Shown: positions 1-9,881, counted from the first letter of the stretch. The stretch is DNA of 64,000 bases from Fibrobacteria bacterium (GCA_037447435.1 JBBIGR010000014.1:21305-85304), one strand, 5' to 3'. Made by a program: numbers and translations. Notes: generated by a model not told the origin, from the sequence alone.

Positions 1-231
1 ACTACCATGAAAATAAAAACATCAAACTCATTGCAACTGGCTCAGTTTTGCTCCGACCATTCGATGAAATCGTCTATGAGCGATAATCAAGTTACTATTT
101 ACTCGACGGATGTCAAAGGAATAATGGACATAGTTTCCCTCTTTAAGGAATCCATAGAAGATATCGAAATAAACAAAGGCACACTTAACGATGTTTTTAT
201 CGCAATAACGGGCAAGGAGATCAGAAACTGA
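1..231 (+). CDS. ABC transporter ATP-binding protein, C-terminal fragment (5' end lies outside the window)
   Basis: The frame is open from base 1. The tail ...GTLNDVFIAITGKEIRN resembles the C-terminus of ABC-2/DrrA-type ATPases. The stop TGA 229-231 shares its A with the ATG of the downstream permease. Confidence 0.65.
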   Translation, partial: TTMKIKTSNSLQLAQFCSDHSMKSSMSDNQVTIYSTDVKGIMDIVSLFKESIEDIEINKGTLNDVFIAITGKEIRN

Positions 232-1058
232 TGCGTGCGATTCAAGCGATTCTCATGAGAAACCTGATAAAATTCTTTCGTGACAGAATGCGTTTTATTT
301 TCACCCTGTTCATGTCGGCATTTTTTCTTTTCGTTTTTTCTTTTGTCATGAAATCAAGTGCCGCAGGCCTCGACCATCCCATGAACTACCTTATTTCCGG
401 CATTATTATCATGACGGTATTTCAAACTGCATTGAATAATTCCATGGACATTCTGGAAGACATTTCAAGCGGATTCATGAAGGAAATTTTGGTTGCGCCG
501 ATAGCCAGGTGGCAAATTGCCATTGGTCAGGTTCTATCGTCGACCGCCATTTCGGTTTTACAAGGAATAATCATAATCGGAATCGGATTCTTCATGGGCC
601 TCTCGCTTGATATACCCCATACGATCGTCATGATAGGACTCATGTGCCTTGTCGGCATCACGTTCAGTTCAATGGGATTGTTTCTCGCGGCATTATCCAA
701 AGAATCAACAACATTTCAAATTGTTATTTCGATCGTAGCCATGCCGCTTACGTTTTTATCGGGCGCCTATATTCCAACGATGGTCATGCCCGCCATTTTA
801 CGCCCAATTGTTTTTTTAAACCCATTGACATACACAACGTCTATGTTCAGATATGTTGCTCTGCATATGGAAAAAATGTCGACTCCCCAGCTTTTAAAAG
901 CCGGTGTTGCTTTTAACATTCACGGCAATATTATTCAACCGTATTTCGGCGTAATTCTGATCGTTGCAACCGGCGTGGTTTTTTTTAGCTTGTGCGTCGA
1001 CCAGTTCAGTAAGGCCGATTTCTCTAAGGTAAAGGTTTTTAAGCGCGGCCACCGGTGA
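231..1058 (+). CDS. ABC-2 type transporter permease
   Basis: 275 aa with multiple hydrophobic helices and an ABC-2 permease-like layout. It is translationally coupled to the upstream ATPase fragment. Confidence 0.8.
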   Translation: MRAIQAILMRNLIKFFRDRMRFIFTLFMSAFFLFVFSFVMKSSAAGLDHPMNYLISGIIIMTVFQTALNNSMDILEDISSGFMKEILVAPIARWQIAIGQVLSSTAISVLQGIIIIGIGFFMGLSLDIPHTIVMIGLMCLVGITFSSMGLFLAALSKESTTFQIVISIVAMPLTFLSGAYIPTMVMPAILRPIVFLNPLTYTTSMFRYVALHMEKMSTPQLLKAGVAFNIHGNIIQPYFGVILIVATGVVFFSLCVDQFSKADFSKVKVFKRGHR

Positions 1059-1129
1059 TCGAACGATCTGTTGTTTTCTTGAGTCATGCGATATATTTTT
1101 AAATCCCCTTACTCAAGAAAGCAATACCG

Positions 1130-2557
1130 GTGAATTCGCAAATATCCCTATTGGTAACCAACCGCTGGCGAGAAAAAGGCGGATATCGTGAACTCTTGGT
1201 CACGGCAATTCCCCTTATTTTAAGTACCGGCACCTGGTCTTTGCAAACATTTATCGACAGAATGTTTCTCTCTTGGTATTCTCCGCAGGCAATAGCGGCA
1301 TCCATGCCTGCCTCGCTTTTGCAATTTACCATTATGAGTGTTTTCATCGGAACATGCAGTTATGCGGGTACTTTTGTCGCCCAATATTTCGGTGCCAATA
1401 ATCATAAGCGCATCGGAATTGTCATGTGGCAAGGAATTTATATTGGTGTTTTCGGCAGCATAATTGTCGCGTTGTTTTATCCTTTGGCCCCGCTGATTTT
1501 TAATAACATCGGTCATGCTGCCGAATTACAGCCTTTAGAAATCACCTTTTTTCAAATTCTTTGCCTCGGAAGTGCGGGCCCCATTGTCAGCGCCGTTCTG
1601 GCGGGCTTTTTTTCAGGACAAAACAAAAATTGGCCGGTCATGTGGGCAAATTTATTAACCACGCTGATAAATATCATTCTCGATTATTTTTTGATTTTTG
1701 GTCACGCGGGCTTTCCTCGCATGGGAATTGCCGGCGCGGCTTGGGCAACCGTCATCGCAGGAATTTTCCCGGTATGCTTTTACATTTTCCTCATGTTCTC
1801 GTCTGAAAACGATAAAAAATTCTCGACGCGTTCCGGATATAAAATCGATTTGAAACTGATAAAACGGCTTTTGATGTTCGGATTGCCAAGCGGCATACAA
1901 TTTTTTATCGACGTAGCCGGGTTCAGCCTTTTCCTTTTGGTAATCGGTCGCCTCGGGATAACACAACTCGCCGCAACCAATATCGCATTCAATATCAACA
2001 CCGTTGCATTTATGCCGATGATGGGAACAGGCATAGCAATATCGATGCTGGTTGGACAATACCTGGGAAATAATGAGGAAAAACTGGCGCAACGCAGTGC
2101 ATATTCCGGATTTCATTTGACAATTTTATACATGACGATAATTGCCGCAACGTACGTTTTTTTGCCTCAGGCATACATTTGGTTTTTCTCACGCAATGCG
2201 GACCCGGTAACATTTGCGCCTATTGCGGATTTGACAAAAACGCTTCTCAAATTCGTGGCATTATATTGTTTGTTTGACACAATGACAATAGTATTCTCTA
2301 TGGCTGTCAAAGGCGCGGGCGATACGAGATTCGTGATGACCATGATGATATTGTTGTCTATTTTCGTATTGGTGATTCCGAGCTATGTCGCGATTGTCGT
2401 TTTTCACAAAGGTGTTTTTACCGCATGGCTCATCGGGACAAGCTACATCATCATCTGCGGTTTTGCATTTCTATTCCGATTTCTGTCTGGCGCATGGAAG
2501 AAAATGCGGGTCATTGAAGCGCAGGAACGGCTTCCAGATTACGATTTCCCTCAATAA
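1130..2557 (+). CDS. MATE family efflux transporter
   Basis: 475 aa polytopic membrane protein. The N-terminus ELLVTAIPLILSTGTWSLQTFIDRMFLS and the duplicated MatE-like halves are typical of NorM/MATE pumps. GTG start. Confidence 0.85.
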   Translation: MNSQISLLVTNRWREKGGYRELLVTAIPLILSTGTWSLQTFIDRMFLSWYSPQAIAASMPASLLQFTIMSVFIGTCSYAGTFVAQYFGANNHKRIGIVMWQGIYIGVFGSIIVALFYPLAPLIFNNIGHAAELQPLEITFFQILCLGSAGPIVSAVLAGFFSGQNKNWPVMWANLLTTLINIILDYFLIFGHAGFPRMGIAGAAWATVIAGIFPVCFYIFLMFSSENDKKFSTRSGYKIDLKLIKRLLMFGLPSGIQFFIDVAGFSLFLLVIGRLGITQLAATNIAFNINTVAFMPMMGTGIAISMLVGQYLGNNEEKLAQRSAYSGFHLTILYMTIIAATYVFLPQAYIWFFSRNADPVTFAPIADLTKTLLKFVALYCLFDTMTIVFSMAVKGAGDTRFVMTMMILLSIFVLVIPSYVAIVVFHKGVFTAWLIGTSYIIICGFAFLFRFLSGAWKKMRVIEAQERLPDYDFPQ

Positions 2558-2769
2558 GGTCGATATCGCATTTTACAGGGACCTTAGTTTCTGGTGTACA
2601 CATTTTGAGAACGGTATTTTTCCAAATAATTGCCACTTATTAAAAAAAAAATGCTTTTTTCAAATGACCCACTATCTTATATATGATATTGGCAAAATAT
2701 AGGCAAAAATAAACTTAACCCTAAGCATATTAAGCGATTAAATAAACTACTTTAATATCAGGAGGCGCC

Positions 2770-3876
2770 ATGAAAAAACTGTGTCTGTTATTTTTAATCG
2801 TAGGTTTGACTTTTACATTTACGTCGGCCCAGCAAAAAACCGTAGGCTGGTCACTTGGATATTATCCGACTTGGGATCATTCATATTCACCCGCGAGTAT
2901 TCCTTGGGAAGCATTCACCCATGTAGCAAATTTTCAGGTGTGGCCAAATAGCGACGGCAGTCTTGGCTTACCTGACGAGACCATGTCCAAACAGCTCATT
3001 TCCGAAGGGCATAAACGTGGCAAAAAAGTAATTTTTTGCGTTGGCGGCGCTGGCGTTGGCGACGGATTTAAAGGCGCTTGCTCAAATGCAAATAGAGGAA
3101 AATTCATTTCGAATATTATCGCATATTTGAAAAAATTGGGATATGACGGTATTGATACGGATTGGGAAGAAAATTTTGACGATAATTTGTTCATGGCCTG
3201 GCATAAAGACCTCCGCGATTCGATAAACAAACTTAATCCGGTACCGAGCCTTTCCATTGCAGCCGAAGATTGGTATCCCGTTACCGGCAAGATTTATCCG
3301 TATGTCGATATGATTAACGATATGTGGTATGGCGCAACCGCAGACAAGTATCCGGGAATACTTAAAACATTTACCGACCTTGGTGCTCCTAAAAGTAAAT
3401 TAGGACCGGGATTCGGCGAAGATCCGTCTTCAGGAAATCTCAGTCCGCAAGCTTGCAAAGATTTGTGCAATATGGTGATAAATCAAGGCTATGGCGGCAT
3501 CATGCATTGGGATATTGTAAACAATGGACAATGTGCTGCCGACTTTGCCGCCATAGCCCCTTTTGTTCCGGCACAAACAGGTATAATTGCAAATTCCCAA
3601 ATTTCAAACGATATGCCGCTTACTTTTTCAATCAAATCGGGTCGATCGGTAAAAGGCACTCAAATTTGCTATTCGATTCCTTCAAGTTCCGCCGGAAAAG
3701 CCATGGATATCGGAGTATATGATATAAAAGGAGCATTGGTGAAAACGCTTGTTCACGGGCAAGTTAATGCCGGTATCTTTTCAGTCCCGTTCACTCAGGC
3801 AGCAGCTGGAACCTATGTCATAAAATTCGCAGCAAATAATACTCTTCAAACGGCAAAAGCGTTTGTTACGAAATAA
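2770..3876 (+). CDS. Secreted glycoside hydrolase family 18 (chitinase-like) with T9SS-type C-terminal sorting domain
   Basis: Signal peptide MKKLCLLFLIVGLTFTFTSAQQ. GH18 catalytic motif YDGIDTDWEE (DxxDxDxE). The last ~70 aa (..MDIGVYDIKGALVKTLV..GTYVIKFAANNTLQTAKAFVTK) look like a Por secretion tail. RBS AGGAGG lies upstream. Confidence 0.8.
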   Translation: MKKLCLLFLIVGLTFTFTSAQQKTVGWSLGYYPTWDHSYSPASIPWEAFTHVANFQVWPNSDGSLGLPDETMSKQLISEGHKRGKKVIFCVGGAGVGDGFKGACSNANRGKFISNIIAYLKKLGYDGIDTDWEENFDDNLFMAWHKDLRDSINKLNPVPSLSIAAEDWYPVTGKIYPYVDMINDMWYGATADKYPGILKTFTDLGAPKSKLGPGFGEDPSSGNLSPQACKDLCNMVINQGYGGIMHWDIVNNGQCAADFAAIAPFVPAQTGIIANSQISNDMPLTFSIKSGRSVKGTQICYSIPSSSAGKAMDIGVYDIKGALVKTLVHGQVNAGIFSVPFTQAAAGTYVIKFAANNTLQTAKAFVTK

Positions 3877-3906
3877 TTAAAAGCAGACTATTGAACTCGT
3901 TGCAAA

Positions 3907-3936
3907 GCCTTCCGCGAAATTGCGGAAGGCTTTTTT
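3907..3936 (+). terminator. Rho-independent terminator after the GH18 gene
   Basis: GCCTTCCGC-gaaatt-GCGGAAGGC followed by TTTTTT. Confidence 0.8.
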
Positions 3937-4537
3937 ATTTTTTATCGATCCGCATCCACATGTTCATTCCGGATTCAAAAAAACCTTTTGTGACCTTGCA
4001 GTCGCCAAATCGGGTTTTGTCAACAACGGAACAAAGCTCTTTCATAGAATAAGTGTATTTGTGATCATCGATTTCGGTTTTACTTAAAAACCCCGTTCTG
4101 GACAAAATTATAAGCAATGGCGCGGTCCAAGAAGGTGGACTTGTGAGAATAAGCGTCCCGTTGGTTTTTAAAACCCGATGAATTTCATTCAGTACATCCA
4201 AGAGGTTGCCGGGCTCCAAATGTTCGAGTACCGCCAGCATGGTTATTGCCTCAAAACTTTCATTATCAAAAGGCAATTTTTTTTCATTTCCAAGATCCCA
4301 TTTCTTCAATTCTATACCGTCAACTTCCCGTGCAGCGGCACCCAATTCCTGGTCAATTCCCGTTTTACGGGCAAATGCGGTTTGAGAAAGAAAATAAGGA
4401 TAATTTCCGCAACCGATATCCAAAATATGGCCGCTCCGTAACGTATCGGGAATAAGGGCGTTTGCCCGGCCGACTCGTTTTTTCGACAAGAACTTTTCTA
4501 AAATGCCAAAGCCTCTGGTTAGTCTTGGTTTTTCCAT
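3935..4537 (-). CDS. Class I SAM-dependent methyltransferase
   Basis: Motif I ILDIGCGNYPY and the post-I/II region AITMLAVLEHLEP are typical of Methyltransf_11/25-type enzymes. Confidence 0.75.
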   Translation of the reverse strand: MEKPRLTRGFGILEKFLSKKRVGRANALIPDTLRSGHILDIGCGNYPYFLSQTAFARKTGIDQELGAAAREVDGIELKKWDLGNEKKLPFDNESFEAITMLAVLEHLEPGNLLDVLNEIHRVLKTNGTLILTSPPSWTAPLLIILSRTGFLSKTEIDDHKYTYSMKELCSVVDKTRFGDCKVTKGFFESGMNMWMRIDKK

Positions 4538-4602
4538 AAAATAAAAGCATCCTCATTAATAATTTTTGACGACCAAATAGCCGCTTCCATTAAATAGACG
4601 CA

Positions 4603-5628
4603 TCACTTTTGCAAAACGCCTTCAAACATCGGCACATATCGAACTGTCAACTCAAGACCTTTCGATGATTTTTGAGTTATTATAGAGCGCCAAATATTCC
4701 AAAGATTTTTTTTAAAAACAATGGACCCGACTGGTTGCATATAAACCATCGCTCTGCCCATGGAAATATATCGGGGAATTTTCTTGCTTGTAATTAAAAG
4801 CTGTTTAAACGCAGAAATGTACCGTGCCTTTTCATTATTGTCGGCTATTGTATCCGGACGAATATTTAAAAGCTGTTCGATGTACGAAGAGTCTTCCTGA
4901 CTACCAGCTTTATTTTGTTGTCCGAGCGTATTGAAAGCCTGTTTTATCCATTGCAACTCATCGTCGTTTTGAAACCTGACGCAGCTTATAATGTTCCCAA
5001 TATCATTGGGATTTTGGGTTCTCGCAGTGAGAATGTTTAATAAAGCAAACCGGTCATCGTATGCATCAATGAGTTCAAAATCCGATAACGCAAGATTAAT
5101 GTACCGCCTGCCGGGAAAAACATCCGTGATCTTCAATTGAAACATCTTCGAGGTAAATGCCGTATCCGAATCGAACCACAAAACGGTTTTCCGCATATTC
5201 ACATCGGAATGGGACAAGCCTTCCTGATTTGCATCCCAATCCAGGGCATATTCTACCGCAGGTTTTTCATCGAGCTTTAATGATAGTTTCGCCGGTTTGC
5301 CAAAATCCTCCAAAGACAACATGTCTTTCCGGTTACCTGAACCAATAATGATTCCTTTACAACGTTTTTTTTCGGAATAAGTGATGTCGACCCATTGACC
5401 GGCCAGGCTGTTTTGTACACCTTCGATCCAACAAGTCGTCGAATCATTGTCGAACATATTCGAAAGCGTGAATACGCGTTGGCCCTGCAATTTCGAAGAA
5501 GCTCTCACCACAATCGTGTTACCGCGGACATTTATTGTCTCGGTTTCCGTTGTGACAAGTGCGTTACCAGGAATAGCAATGGCGATTATTGCCAAAGCAA
5601 AAACCGTGTTCCGACAAACGTTTTTCAT
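4603..5628 (-). CDS. Secreted hypothetical protein with N-terminal discoidin (F5/8 type C)-like region
   Basis: Signal peptide MKNVCRNTVFALAIIAIAIPGNA. SNMFDNDSTTCWIEG...GQWVDITY resembles the start of discoidin/galactose-binding-like domains. The C-terminal half is unrecognised. Confidence 0.5.
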   Translation of the reverse strand: MKNVCRNTVFALAIIAIAIPGNALVTTETETINVRGNTIVVRASSKLQGQRVFTLSNMFDNDSTTCWIEGVQNSLAGQWVDITYSEKKRCKGIIIGSGNRKDMLSLEDFGKPAKLSLKLDEKPAVEYALDWDANQEGLSHSDVNMRKTVLWFDSDTAFTSKMFQLKITDVFPGRRYINLALSDFELIDAYDDRFALLNILTARTQNPNDIGNIISCVRFQNDDELQWIKQAFNTLGQQNKAGSQEDSSYIEQLLNIRPDTIADNNEKARYISAFKQLLITSKKIPRYISMGRAMVYMQPVGSIVFKKNLWNIWRSIITQKSSKGLELTVRYVPMFEGVLQK

Positions 5629-5645
5629 GATTTATTCCTAACCGA

Positions 5646-6668
5646 TTATAACCCGCTTACTGCAGGATTGGCCGCAACGCGAGGATTTGTTTTTAAAAAA
5701 CCTGTTACTTTTTCATGCAAGGTCTCAAGCGTCAAAGCCGATTGCGCCATAGATTTAAGCTGTTGACCAAAAAAGAAATTGCAGGAATAATATTTTGTAA
5801 ACTCTTTCAACCTGCCAATCGCCTTTTCGGGCCTGAAATCTTCAGTAACGTATTCATAATATCGTTGCCAGATCCCTGCATAATCAACATTGACAACAGT
5901 CTTTTCAGGCATATTGAAAAGTGGAGCAAATTCATTGAACATCCACGGCCGGACCACTGCCTGGCGTCCGATCATTATTCCGGAGACGCCATAGAACCAT
6001 TCTGCGTTTTCAAATATGTCCTGCGGTCCCCGAATATCGCCGTTTGCAATGACCGGCATTTTTGTTTGCTCGCAAACCCAGGGAAAAAATTCCCATCGCG
6101 CTTTTCGTTTGAGTTTTTCGTCGAAAAACCTGGGATGCACTGTAACGGCATCGACCCCGCAATCTTCAATAATTTTTATTCGAGTCGCGAATTCCTGCTT
6201 CCAGTTTTGATCGTTTTTCCAAAGTCGACATTTAACCGTTAATACTCCTGACCAGGCTTTGCGTAGTCGGGTGACAACGGTTTTAAGCCTGTCCAAATCG
6301 GCAAACAATGATACCCCGGTACCGATTTTCTCCATTTCCGGTGCCGGACAACCGGCATTTAAATCAATGGCCGCAGGACCAACCTGCTCTAATTTTTCCA
6401 ATCCTTTTTCAATATCTTCAGTCCCGTTTAGCGCGAGCTGATACCAAACCAGCCCTTCGGAATTTCTTTTCTTTGTAAAAGGCGACTCTCCCACTTTTTC
6501 GTGGAGCAACGCCTTTCCCGAAAGCATTTCGGTAAACATCGCACCGTAACCGCCGAAGTCGGAAACCAACCGCCTGAACGCACTATGCGTTACTCCCGCC
6601 AATGGCGCACTAAAAAGAGGCGGCGAAACAGTAATGTTTTTAAGCGATAGCGATGTTTTTTTTATCAT
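5646..6668 (-). CDS. dus: tRNA-dihydrouridine synthase
   Basis: Motifs PLAGVTHSAFRRL, TEML, IDLNAGCP (catalytic Cys), LTVKCRL, VTVHPR, VIANGDI and MIGRQAVVRPWMF match the Dus TIM-barrel family. There is an ATGA overlap with the upstream gene. Confidence 0.8.
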   Translation of the reverse strand: MIKKTSLSLKNITVSPPLFSAPLAGVTHSAFRRLVSDFGGYGAMFTEMLSGKALLHEKVGESPFTKKRNSEGLVWYQLALNGTEDIEKGLEKLEQVGPAAIDLNAGCPAPEMEKIGTGVSLFADLDRLKTVVTRLRKAWSGVLTVKCRLWKNDQNWKQEFATRIKIIEDCGVDAVTVHPRFFDEKLKRKARWEFFPWVCEQTKMPVIANGDIRGPQDIFENAEWFYGVSGIMIGRQAVVRPWMFNEFAPLFNMPEKTVVNVDYAGIWQRYYEYVTEDFRPEKAIGRLKEFTKYYSCNFFFGQQLKSMAQSALTLETLHEKVTGFLKTNPRVAANPAVSGL

Positions 6669-7930
6669 CCTGCCCGCTTACAAATATCAATGATTCCGTA
6701 TCGCTTGCCAAGATCCGAAAGTTTTTGCAAATCGTCGACCGTCTTGATGTTTTCATAGCAATCAAGATTTACGGAAAGCACTGCCGGATCTTTTGCCAAG
6801 GCTACCAGATCGGTTGCCGCATATCCTATTTTCGGGCTTTTCGGAATCGAGGGCAGGATTTCCTTCGGCGGCGTCGCATAATCAGGCAGGCTATTCTCTA
6901 AAAGCAACTCAACGTCAAATATATAGAGCCCCGTGTTATAGGGAAGGTGAAACGTATTGGACGGATCCATGAGATTCATGGTCGCATCATTCCTGATCGC
7001 CTGCTCAACAATTATGGTCGATTGCTTACCTTTTTTTTCAAGTGTGACAAATGTTCCGAACGGGTCTTTTGCCTCAAATCCTTTCCGCAGCACCCCAACC
7101 CCAACACAATCGTGTTGTTTTCCCGCATGTGCCATAGCAAGAATTATTGAAGGGTCAAAAAGTGCAGTCGCCTGCAATGCTATGATTTTTTTGCAACCCA
7201 AGCTCTTTAACCATTCGATTGCGCTTTTCCCTTCATCAAAACCGGCTTTTTTCATTTTCATGAACGGACCTCCTGTTTCATCAGGATTTGTTGCCGGCCA
7301 TGGCAATTCGTCGATCATTACGCAAACGATTTTCCCGTCCTGGGATAAATGGAGACGTTCTCCCTGGTTCAAGGTTCGCACATGGGTTAATCCGAATGAA
7401 TTATTCCGTTCAATTACCTGCGGGATAACCCTAGCAGTTGTCGAACCTTTGGGACCGGTTGTAACAATAACCGGAATTTGAAATCCCGCCTGTTTCGACA
7501 AATCTTCAATAACGGCTAGGTCCGCCTGAAGACAACCAAAACCGTTAGGAAACCCCGGGATCTGGTATGTCGCTTTGATAAAATCCTGTAGCGCATCTTC
7601 CCCAATGCCTTGGCTACGAAGACTCGATCGCATTCGTACGCCGTCACCGCCCGCGGTAAGTACAATTGCATACTCGTGCAAATCGGCCAATGCTCCCGAG
7701 ATGTGATCGCTTTGTATGAGGCGGGGATATCGCTGTGTTGCTTCGGCAAGAATATGTTTTGACTCTCCGGCGTTAACCAATGCTTTTTTTTGCAGGTCCG
7801 CATGCCACTCAAAAGTTTTTGGGGGAAATTTTTCATCGAGGATAGAAAGCAAATGTTTTTTTTGAATTTCGCTCAGCGTATCAAATTCATGAATATGTTC
7901 CTCGGCAAATTCGTTCGACCATTTGCTCAT
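6665..7930 (-). CDS. UDP-sugar pyrophosphorylase-like nucleotidyltransferase (UDPGP family, divergent)
   Basis: VLTAGGDGVRM (compare LAGGQGTRLG) and NPDETGGPF (compare PDGNGG) are in the spacing seen in UAP/UGP-type enzymes. The motifs are divergent, so substrate is unknown. Confidence 0.5.
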   Translation of the reverse strand: MSKWSNEFAEEHIHEFDTLSEIQKKHLLSILDEKFPPKTFEWHADLQKKALVNAGESKHILAEATQRYPRLIQSDHISGALADLHEYAIVLTAGGDGVRMRSSLRSQGIGEDALQDFIKATYQIPGFPNGFGCLQADLAVIEDLSKQAGFQIPVIVTTGPKGSTTARVIPQVIERNNSFGLTHVRTLNQGERLHLSQDGKIVCVMIDELPWPATNPDETGGPFMKMKKAGFDEGKSAIEWLKSLGCKKIIALQATALFDPSIILAMAHAGKQHDCVGVGVLRKGFEAKDPFGTFVTLEKKGKQSTIIVEQAIRNDATMNLMDPSNTFHLPYNTGLYIFDVELLLENSLPDYATPPKEILPSIPKSPKIGYAATDLVALAKDPAVLSVNLDCYENIKTVDDLQKLSDLGKRYGIIDICKRAG

Positions 7931-8027
7931 ATCATCTCCTGTTGCTTTTGGAAAAAATATATGGTATACTTATTATTCGGATTTTACGCTTTTGATACGT
8001 TTACAAATAAATTATTTTACGGTGCGT

Positions 8028-8867
8028 ATGACAAACAACGGAACTTCCAACGCCTTTCAAACATTAAAAATCATTCATCCGATTCACGAAGATTCGACTA
8101 TTGCAAAAACCGCTTTCGCGCATGCCCTGGCTATGGCCCATTCCGGAAACGGCGAACTGGAAATAATTGACGTAAGAGACTCGCGAGAACGGCGTAAAGA
8201 TTTCAGTGTTCGGACATTATTTGAAAAATGGTCGGTTTTAAAGCCCAATTCCGAGCGAAGCGATGTTGCCAAATTGGGCCTTAAGATTACTAAAATAATT
8301 AAAAGAGGGCAGCCAAAAAAGATTATTGGACATCGGATGGAAAAACATCGCCATGATTTGCTCGTAATCGGGACACAACGACATCGAGGCATTTCTAAAT
8401 TTTTCGATGCCAATCTGGCGGATTATCTGGCAAACGAATATCGGCAGACAACTCTATACATTCCAGAAAACAGCAGATTTTTTGTCGATGAGAATAACGG
8501 TAATATCGCTTTGCATACTATTTTGCTTCCTGTTGCAAAGCACCCTTCGGCCGATTACGCTTTGGGAAGATTACAATCACTGCTTTCCATTTTCGCACAG
8601 CCCGGGGCGACCATCATAGGCCTCCATTGCGGGGAACAGTTTCCTTCTTTCGAAAACATTATTCCGCAGAGCATGATTATCGAAAAAAAACTGACACCTT
8701 TACCGGTCGTAAAAAACATTATCAAGACCGCCAGGGAAAGAAATGTCGACCTTATTGTCATGGCAACGCAAGGGCGAAATACTTTTCCAAAAAAAATTAT
8801 CGGCAGTTTGACCGAACAAGTTCTCGCCGATGCGCCGTGTCCTGTATTGTCAATTCCCGTCGATTAG
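8028..8867 (+). CDS. Universal stress protein, tandem Usp domains
   Basis: Two Usp-like halves end in HDLLVIGTQRHRGISKFF..TLYIPE and VDLIVMATQGRNTFPKKIIGSLTEQVLADAPCPVLSIPV. I prefer the ATG at 8028 to the ORF-track start 7923, which overlaps the divergent gene. Confidence 0.75.
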   Translation: MTNNGTSNAFQTLKIIHPIHEDSTIAKTAFAHALAMAHSGNGELEIIDVRDSRERRKDFSVRTLFEKWSVLKPNSERSDVAKLGLKITKIIKRGQPKKIIGHRMEKHRHDLLVIGTQRHRGISKFFDANLADYLANEYRQTTLYIPENSRFFVDENNGNIALHTILLPVAKHPSADYALGRLQSLLSIFAQPGATIIGLHCGEQFPSFENIIPQSMIIEKKLTPLPVVKNIIKTARERNVDLIVMATQGRNTFPKKIIGSLTEQVLADAPCPVLSIPVD

Positions 8868-8888
8868 CGGGTTCGTTTTAAATACTTA

Positions 8889-8920
8889 CTGTGGCGGCGA
8901 AATATATTTCGCCGCCACAG
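8889..8920. terminator. Bidirectional terminator hairpin between usp and fliC
   Basis: Perfect 16-bp inverted repeat CTGTGGCGGCGAAATA/TATTTCGCCGCCACAG, followed by TTTATT on the + strand. Confidence 0.75.
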
Positions 8921-8975
8921 TTTATTATCAATAACTTCCCCATGCGAGTGAGAATTTATCGAAAACCTTTCGCGA

Positions 8976-9830
8976 CTACTTCAATAAAGTAAGGACCGAC
9001 GACGGGAGCATATTCGATTGCGAAAGCATGGCTGTTGCCGATTGCATGAGTATCTGGTTTTTCGTGAAATTAGCCGTCTCATGGGCAAAATCCGCATCAC
9101 GAATCGAAGATTCCGCCGCCTGTTGATTTGTTTCGCTCACCATCAGGTTATTGACAGCGTGCTCGAGCCTATTGATATATGCGCCCAGATTTGCACGAAT
9201 ACTATTGACACTGTCGAGAGCGGTATCGACCTCGCTGATTGCAAGTACCGCATTGCCCTGTGTCGTGATATCTCGTGTGCCCAGATTTGCGCTCAGCGCG
9301 GGGGCGGTCAAGGTACCTATCGAAATAGTTATATTGTCCACACCCGACGTATGATTGGCATCTATCCACAAATTATTTCCGGCTGCACCATTGACTATAC
9401 CAAACCGACCGGCAGTGGATGATATCAATTCCTGCTTGTTATAATTGGTGACTGCGGCAATACGATTGACTTCACTTCGTAACGCGGCAAATTCCTGATT
9501 TGTATAGGAACGTTCCGTTGAGGTCAACGTATCGTTGGAAGATTGTATAGCAAGCTCGCGCATGCGTTGCAATACGGATGATATCTCGTTTGCCGCACCT
9601 TCTGCAATATTGAGCGCCGCAATGCCGTCCTGAGCGTTTTTCTGCGCTTGCGACACGCCGTTAATCTGGGTGCGAAGATTTTCAGAAACACCGAGGCCTG
9701 CCGCATCATCGCTTGCACGGTTGATTCGAAGTCCGGTAGAAAGTCTTTCCAAGGATTTTGAAAGATTGTTGTTGGTCTGATACAGAGCGCTCTGGGTAAC
9801 CATTGAAGCGATATTATGATTAATACGCAT
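8976..9830 (-). CDS. fliC: Flagellin
   Basis: N-terminus MRINHNIASM..LSKSLERLSTGLRINRASDDAAGL and C-terminus ..FTKNQILMQSATAMLSQSNMLPSSVLTLLK are canonical flagellin D0/D1 segments. Strong RBS AGGGAGG. Confidence 0.95.
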   Translation of the reverse strand: MRINHNIASMVTQSALYQTNNNLSKSLERLSTGLRINRASDDAAGLGVSENLRTQINGVSQAQKNAQDGIAALNIAEGAANEISSVLQRMRELAIQSSNDTLTSTERSYTNQEFAALRSEVNRIAAVTNYNKQELISSTAGRFGIVNGAAGNNLWIDANHTSGVDNITISIGTLTAPALSANLGTRDITTQGNAVLAISEVDTALDSVNSIRANLGAYINRLEHAVNNLMVSETNQQAAESSIRDADFAHETANFTKNQILMQSATAMLSQSNMLPSSVLTLLK

Positions 9831-9860
9831 AAAGAAACCTCCCTGTTAAAACATGAATAG

Positions 9861-9881
9861 AACTAACAATCCTTGTTAGTT
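9861..9881 (-). promoter_or_regulatory. CsrA-type binding hairpin in the flagellin 5' leader
   Basis: The minus strand reads AACUAACA-AGGAU-UGUUAGUU, an 8-bp stem presenting GGA in the loop (compare SELEX consensus RUACARGGAUGU). A second GGA lies in the SD ACAGGGAGG at 9838-9846. Confidence 0.5.

Noticed and set aside
1075-1120. 10-bp inverted repeat TTTCTTGAGT...ACTCAAGAAA with a 26-nt loop between the ABC permease and the MATE gene.
   Set aside because: It has no U tract and a large loop. It could be a weak terminator or operator, but the evidence is too thin to call.
7923-8027. Upstream extension of the Usp gene (ORF-track start 7923).
   Set aside because: It would overlap the start of the divergent gene. 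The extension (MLISSPVAFGKNIWYTYYSDF...) is not Usp-like, and the ATG at 8028 begins the conserved domain.
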